A stretch of 64,000 nt of DNA from the human T2T-CHM13v2.0 reference genome, Homo sapiens. The translations under genes were made by a program, and so were the position numbers. The DNA is taken from the NCBI RefSeq assembly GCF_009914755.1, contig NC_060935.1; one strand, 5' to 3'. A model generated the notes under the pieces. The model was given only the letters and a program-made list of their open reading frames with translations. It was not told where the DNA came from and did not search any database. This document shows, one piece after another, positions 56,161-64,000 of the stretch; within the stretch, counting starts at the first letter, position 1, and each line of letters begins with the position of its first letter.

Positions 56161-56935
56161 TGTTACTGAAACACCAGGGGTTCGGTCTAGGTCCTGTTAC
56201 TCGACACACAGAAAGCCAATCACTGACACGACGATTATTGCCAAGGAAGAAGCCTTTAATTAGGTGCTGCAGCTTAGGAGATGGGAGCTCAGTCAGTCTC
56301 AAATCCATCTCCCTGACTGATATGGTTTGGCTGTGTCCCCACCCAAATCTCATCTTGAATTGTAGTTCCCATAATCCCCACGTCATGGGAGGGACCTGGT
56401 GGGAAGTAATTTAATCATGGGGGTGGTTACCTTCATGCTGTTCTCATGACAGTGAGTGAGTTCTCATGAAATCTGATGGTTTTATAAGGGGCTTTTCCCC
56501 CATTTGCTTGGCACTTCTCGCTGCCGCCATGTGAAGAAGCACGTGTTTGCTTACCCTTCCACCACGATTGTAAGTTTCCTGAGGCCTCCCCAGCCATGCT
56601 GAACTGTGAGTCAATTAAACCTCTTTCCTTTATAAATTACCCAGTCTTGGGTATGTCTTTAGGTGTATCTTTATTAGAAGGGACTAATACGTTGACCCAC
56701 TAAAACTAGCTTTGTATAGCAGGGAAGAAATGTAACAATGTGTAAGAAAACAGGAACTGGGAAAGGGCAAGGAAACGATTATGATGAATAGAGAGTCTCT
56801 GCATTTCATTGTCTGGATGTGGTGATCTGGTGAGTTTCAGCTCTTTGATACTTTTTTGAGAGGCCTGAAAGTCCTTCCCTGAGGAAGGAACTGAAATAAA
56901 ACAAATGTAAACTTCAAACTTAAGACCAGAAGGGT
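56161..56935 (-). mobile_element. ERV1 LTR (MER66-like) split by THE1D; abuts a MER20 fragment (about 56100-56155)
   Basis: tgttactgaaacaccaggggttcggtctaggtcctg...aaatccatctccctgac, resumes after 56696. Confidence 0.7.
56318..56691 (+). mobile_element. THE1D-like solo LTR
   Basis: TGATATGGTTTGGCTGTGTCCCC...GACTAATAC; TSD ctgac/ttgac. Confidence 0.9.
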
Positions 56936-57099
56936 TATCCACACCCACCCCACTACATCCCCCAGTATTGCCTAACTTTGCCTGGGGAGGAATTGGCTAA
57001 TTAGGACTTTCCTGGAAAAAAGCAACTCTTTCATTTCTGATGTCACCAGTCTTCTTAGATCTCAGGATTTACCAGAAAGTTTTGTTCTTTATTTGGTTA

Positions 57100-59125
<2,026 letters not shown>

Positions 59126-61049
59126 ATTTCAAATATTTTTTTAAGCCTCCCAGGCTATTCTAATATGCAGCCAGGATTGAAGGCACTGCTTTTTTGGATA
59201 AGTTAGAAGCTGAGGATCAGTATTTTGTTGTTAAAGTTAGCTCATAGCTACCAAGAGATGATAGCCATGGGATTTTCTGATTCCTGTGACTGATGTAGAA
59301 GGCATTATAGAAATTTCAGGATGCCTTGGTGAAACCTTTCCTAGAGCAAGACTTGTGGTGCACTAACGTACTATTTTCCCTAAAGAGTTGTTTTCAAGTT
59401 ACATCATGACACAGAGAATGTTTTCTTGTGCAGGCTGTGGGAACAGCCTGAAGGAGCCTCCCTCCCTCTCTGCCCTGTTGACACACTCACCTCTGATGTA
59501 TCTGAATGGAAGTCTTCAGTTCCCGTGGGTGTTACAGTGGCTTATCTTCACATTGTAGGCCTTTATATCTGCCCTTTGCAGGTGTTTTGAGACAAAACCT
59601 GAGTTTTAGGGTTCTGCTGTTTATGTGGATCATGTGGGGAGGGCCAAGAAAACCTTTCAGAGATGCCTCTAGAGAGCTCATCAGAAATGAGCTTCCTCTT
59701 TGGAGTCCGAAGGCAAAGAATATGCCACGGAAGCGAGGATGTTTGAAGAAGGAAAACCTCAAGGTTTGCTAGGAGCCAAGGGGATGGGAGAGGGTGGAGG
59801 CTCTGAAAAGTAAACCCTTCTTCTTTTGGCAAAGATAACCCTCCTTGCCTAAGTGAGATGGAAAAGGGTCTAGAATGGAGTCCTCTCTGAGTTCATTCAG
59901 ACTTGAAAACTGTCTGTGATTCTTACACTCTTCACTCATTTTCTTTTTTTTTTTTTTCTTACTTTTTTCTACTGCTTGTTAGGAGTCATCCCTTAGATAT
60001 CACCTTTCATGCAGTTGGATGATACCTTTACTGAAAGACTCTTTTTTTAGGTGGAAACTATTCTGTTCTCCCTGAATCTCTGTGCTCACATCTGGTCTTA
60101 ATCCCAGGGACTTGGATCCACTGTCAGGAAGTTTTTCCACCAAGTAGTGAAAAGCCTCCAGAGGCTCAGTTACCTAACCCACATTTATTTATTATCTTTT
60201 TAGATCTTTCCTCACCCCTCAAGATTTGTCTGTAGAAGCAGCGGTTGGGAATATCTTAGTTTCCTGCTTATAAATTCTCTAGAATTTTCATTCCAATGTA
60301 TATGCACACAAAAACCTCTTTATCCACATATGTGTGTGCATTACAAATAGCCAAAATAAATAACCTTTAAAAACCCCTTTACATTATAATTTCCTAATCC
60401 CAAACTTGCTTGGTGGAAATTTTGCCTTTTTTTTCCTCGTCATTCTTCGTAATAAAAGTACTTTAAAGGTCGATGATAGCCACTTTGAATTCTGTTATGG
60501 TTTATAGTGTCTTTCTTTCTAAAAGTACGAAGAATATTATGGGCTTGTCTCTCTTCTGCTCCCTCAGGGCTGTTGGGGGGATGAGGAGATTTCCTTGACT
60601 TTCAATAGCCTCATGATATCTTTGTGAGTTCATATAAAAAGTTTCTTCAGAAAAAACAAATCTGACTCATCACTTTCCTTTAGAAAGATGTCTGTTGGCT
60701 TCCAGGATAATTCCAGACTCCTGTCTGCCTCGCTCCCAGACGCATCTCCTGCCGCATAGCCCATGTCCCAGGTGTCCTAACTTCTCCCAGATTTCTGTAC
60801 AAGCCATAACCTGTTTCAACTCTGAGCTTCAGTTCATGCCATTCCTCTTGTCTGGAGTGTCCTTCCCTCTTTTTTTTCACTAACACACTCCTAATAATCT
60901 TTCATACCCAACTAAAATAGCACAGGTTTATGAAGTACTCCTTGGCTTCCCCAGGCTGAGTGGGTCCCACTCTTTCTGAGTTCCTTTTGCATTCTGGCCA
61001 TTCCCCACGTATTAATTAAGCATCCACTGCTGGGCAGAAAGTGTCTGAA

Positions 61050-61240
61050 ATGATAATAATAATAAATGGGAATAGTAATAATAGCTAATACTGTATAATA
61101 ATGCTGGATAATCTGTAACACTCAATACTACATAACACTACATTTTATATTTTATAATACTATATTTTATAGTGTAATATCAAATAATAAGATGTAATGT
61201 ATAAAACGATAGCAAATATAGTATTAACTATCATAGCTAA
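61050..61240. repeat. AT-rich low-complexity (AAT-like) tract
   Basis: aataataataa..., extends a MIR tail. Confidence 0.6.
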
Positions 61241-61463
61241 TACTTTGTTCCAGAAAAAGTGCCAAGTAATTATTACATTGTCTTATTTAATCCCCTCAAC
61301 AACTGAGCAAGGTTGGTAGTGTTCATCTCTCTATTTCCTGATAAGGAAATTGAGGCACAGAGTGGGTAACCAACTTACCATAAATCATATGGCCAATAAG
61401 TGGTAGACACAACATTTAAACCCAGGCAGGCTGACATCTAACTGCTTAACTGCTGTAATTAAC

Positions 61464-61751
61464 TTTTTTTTGAGACAGGATCTTGCTCTGTCACCCACGC
61501 TAGAGTGCATTGGTGTAATCTCAGCTCACTGCAGCCTCTGCCTCCTGGGCTGAAGCGATCCTCCCACCCCAGCCTCCAGAATAGCTAGGACTACAGGCGT
61601 GTGCCTGGCTAAATTTTTTTTTGTATTTTTTTTGTAGAGATAAGGTTTCACCATGTTGCTCAGGCTGGTCTTGAACTCTGAGTTCAAGCAATCCACTCGT
61701 CTTGGCCTCCCAAAGTGCTGAGATTACATGTGAGAGCCACCACAGCTAGCC
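61464..61751 (-). mobile_element. AluJ
   Basis: TSD taattaact. Confidence 0.92.
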
Positions 61752-62284
61752 ATAATTAACTGTTGAAAGGCAAATGTTGATACAGCTTCTGTTGTGCTTA
61801 CCACATCTCATTGCAATCATCTGCTTATTGTCTCTTTTTCGTTCTCTTTCTCTTGGCCAGGTGTTTTTTTTAGCTAAGGGCCTCTTGCTAGCAGGAATCA
61901 TTCTTGCAGCCCCCACACTTGGTTCTGTGTGTGGCATAAAGTGAGTTTGAGAATTAATGTTGGTGGAATGAATAACTGAAAGAGCAAAGCCTTAGACTGT
62001 CTAAACATTACATTGATTTCCACCTCATTTTTCTCAGGACTAGCCGTCTATGTGTAAAGCAATTTGTAGAACCATGAACTATGTTAGGGAAGGGAGGGCA
62101 TTACTGAATCTCTACCAGATAGCAAGCATTTTGCTGTATTCTCTACATGCAAAATCTCATTTTATTTTCACAACAGCTTGGGAGTTCTATACCATCTTTA
62201 TCTTCCTTTTACAGATGGGGACGCTGAGGCTGAGGGAAGTTAAGTGATTCATCCAAGATCTCAGTGATTACGTGGTGGAACTGA

Positions 62285-62598
<314 letters not shown>

Positions 62599-64000
62599 CA
62601 GAAACCTAGATGCTTCTTATCTCTGAGTCCTTCTGACCTCTTAACCCTAGGCTGTAGACCTCCTCTTCTCAGCATAAAAGAGAAGAGTTTTGGAAAGAAT
62701 TTTCTACGAGAGAATCTTGTGGCAAAGCTGTTTCAACTGGATGCCTTCTTTCTGTATTTATATTCCAGTTAGCGTATGGTCTGTTGCTCTTTCACTCCCC
62801 AGTGTGTACGTCTGAAACAGCCAATATGTTATTTTAGGAAGAAATAATACATTGCAATATCTGATCAATAAAACTTGGAGTCTACTCCAGTAGTCATGTG
62901 GAGCTGAACTGTTGCAACAAGCAAAGGACTTTTTGCTCAAGCCATAAATTTTGCAAAGGCTAGAATTCCAGGAGTGAGTTTGCTTTCTGGGCTGTTTGTC
63001 ATCTGCCTTGGGACCACAATAAAGGAGCTCCCCCGTTTAGCCCCCAGATTTCCTGGAGAATCCAGGCAGATTACTTTTTAGAAGTCAGTTATTTTTACAA
63101 GGCCTTCTTTGCTTTCTTGTCCCCAACCATGAAGTCATTTTCAAAGGAACCACAGTTTGACCTTTTACCAAATGAGCTAGAGGACTGAATATATTAATAG
63201 CAGCAACATCAGATCGACCGCTTTTTGCAGTTTTTAGCTAGCAATGGCCACATGTCGGTTTTCACTTTGGGGAGCTGTGCATGTTGATTCAAATTATGTG
63301 AATTTTATACTTTGATTCTTTTCTAACATATACTTTTGATTAGCCCTTGTCATTCTCACATCTTTACAGTGAGCTGAATTGTAACTGGTTCATAGCACAT
63401 TTTTTTATGAGAAATAGGGCTTTTTTTTTTTTAATTAATGAAAAGATGCCAGGTACTTTTGCGTATATGAGAAGCTTGTTCATACTGGCCTCCTTTCAGT
63501 TCCTCCTTTACCACATTGTTCTGCCTCCAGGCCTTTACACAGGCGGCTTGGAACATCTTTGATTCCACAATTCCACAAACACTAAAATTTCAAATGTGGC
63601 CTAGGTGTCTTCTATGTATTCTCATTCTTTGCAGGTGCGACACAGAGTTTGTGAATTAATATTAGTGGAATGAAAAACGGAATGAGTAAGGCCTCATGCT
63701 GTAAATATTACATTGCTTTTCCGCCTAGACCGTGGCCGACCTCAGCTGAAACCGACCTTCCCCTGAGAAGCCTGTTCTGATGCCAGCCTCGTTCCTAGTT
63801 TGAGATTAAGCATCCTATAGCTCCCCAATCAGGGCACTATTTGCATTACATGCAGAGGCTCCTTTACCTGTCTCTGTCTTCCACTATCACAGAGAGAGCC
63901 TGTCAGCTTCGCTTTTGAATCCCCACACAACTGACTCAGCACCAGACAGGTAATAGAATGCTTAGGAATATTTTGATATTGGCCAAACAGGGGCAGATTC

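Overview
Primate (almost certainly human) intronic DNA from the LDLRAD3 gene (11p13), + strand: the 3' part of intron 1, the 147-nt exon 2 (28785-28931, LDL-receptor class A domain 1, the Venezuelan equine encephalitis virus-binding domain) and the 5' part of intron 2. The only other gene-like feature I recognise is the intronic MIR3973 hairpin (about 2792-2898). The rest is unique intron plus dense transposon debris: 18 Alus (14 antisense), a near-full-length HSMAR2 mariner, MER44, MER20/MER5/MER58, a MADE1 hairpin, a MER41B solo LTR, THE1C/THE1D, MLT1 and MER66-like LTRs, L1/L2/MIR fragments, and a 1.1-kb (GGAT)n array. Nearly all other ORFs in the track are chance or repeat-derived. I see no clear evidence of a wholly new biological system. 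The best leads are hypotheses about how the viral-receptor domain could be regulated: an intact tandem-GAS MER41B upstream of exon 2, a symmetric skippable or circularisable exon flanked by inverted Alus, a cryptic signal-peptide-like exon just downstream, and a DUX4-motif THE1D LTR. Repeat subfamily names are from recall of consensus sequences, not a RepeatMasker run.
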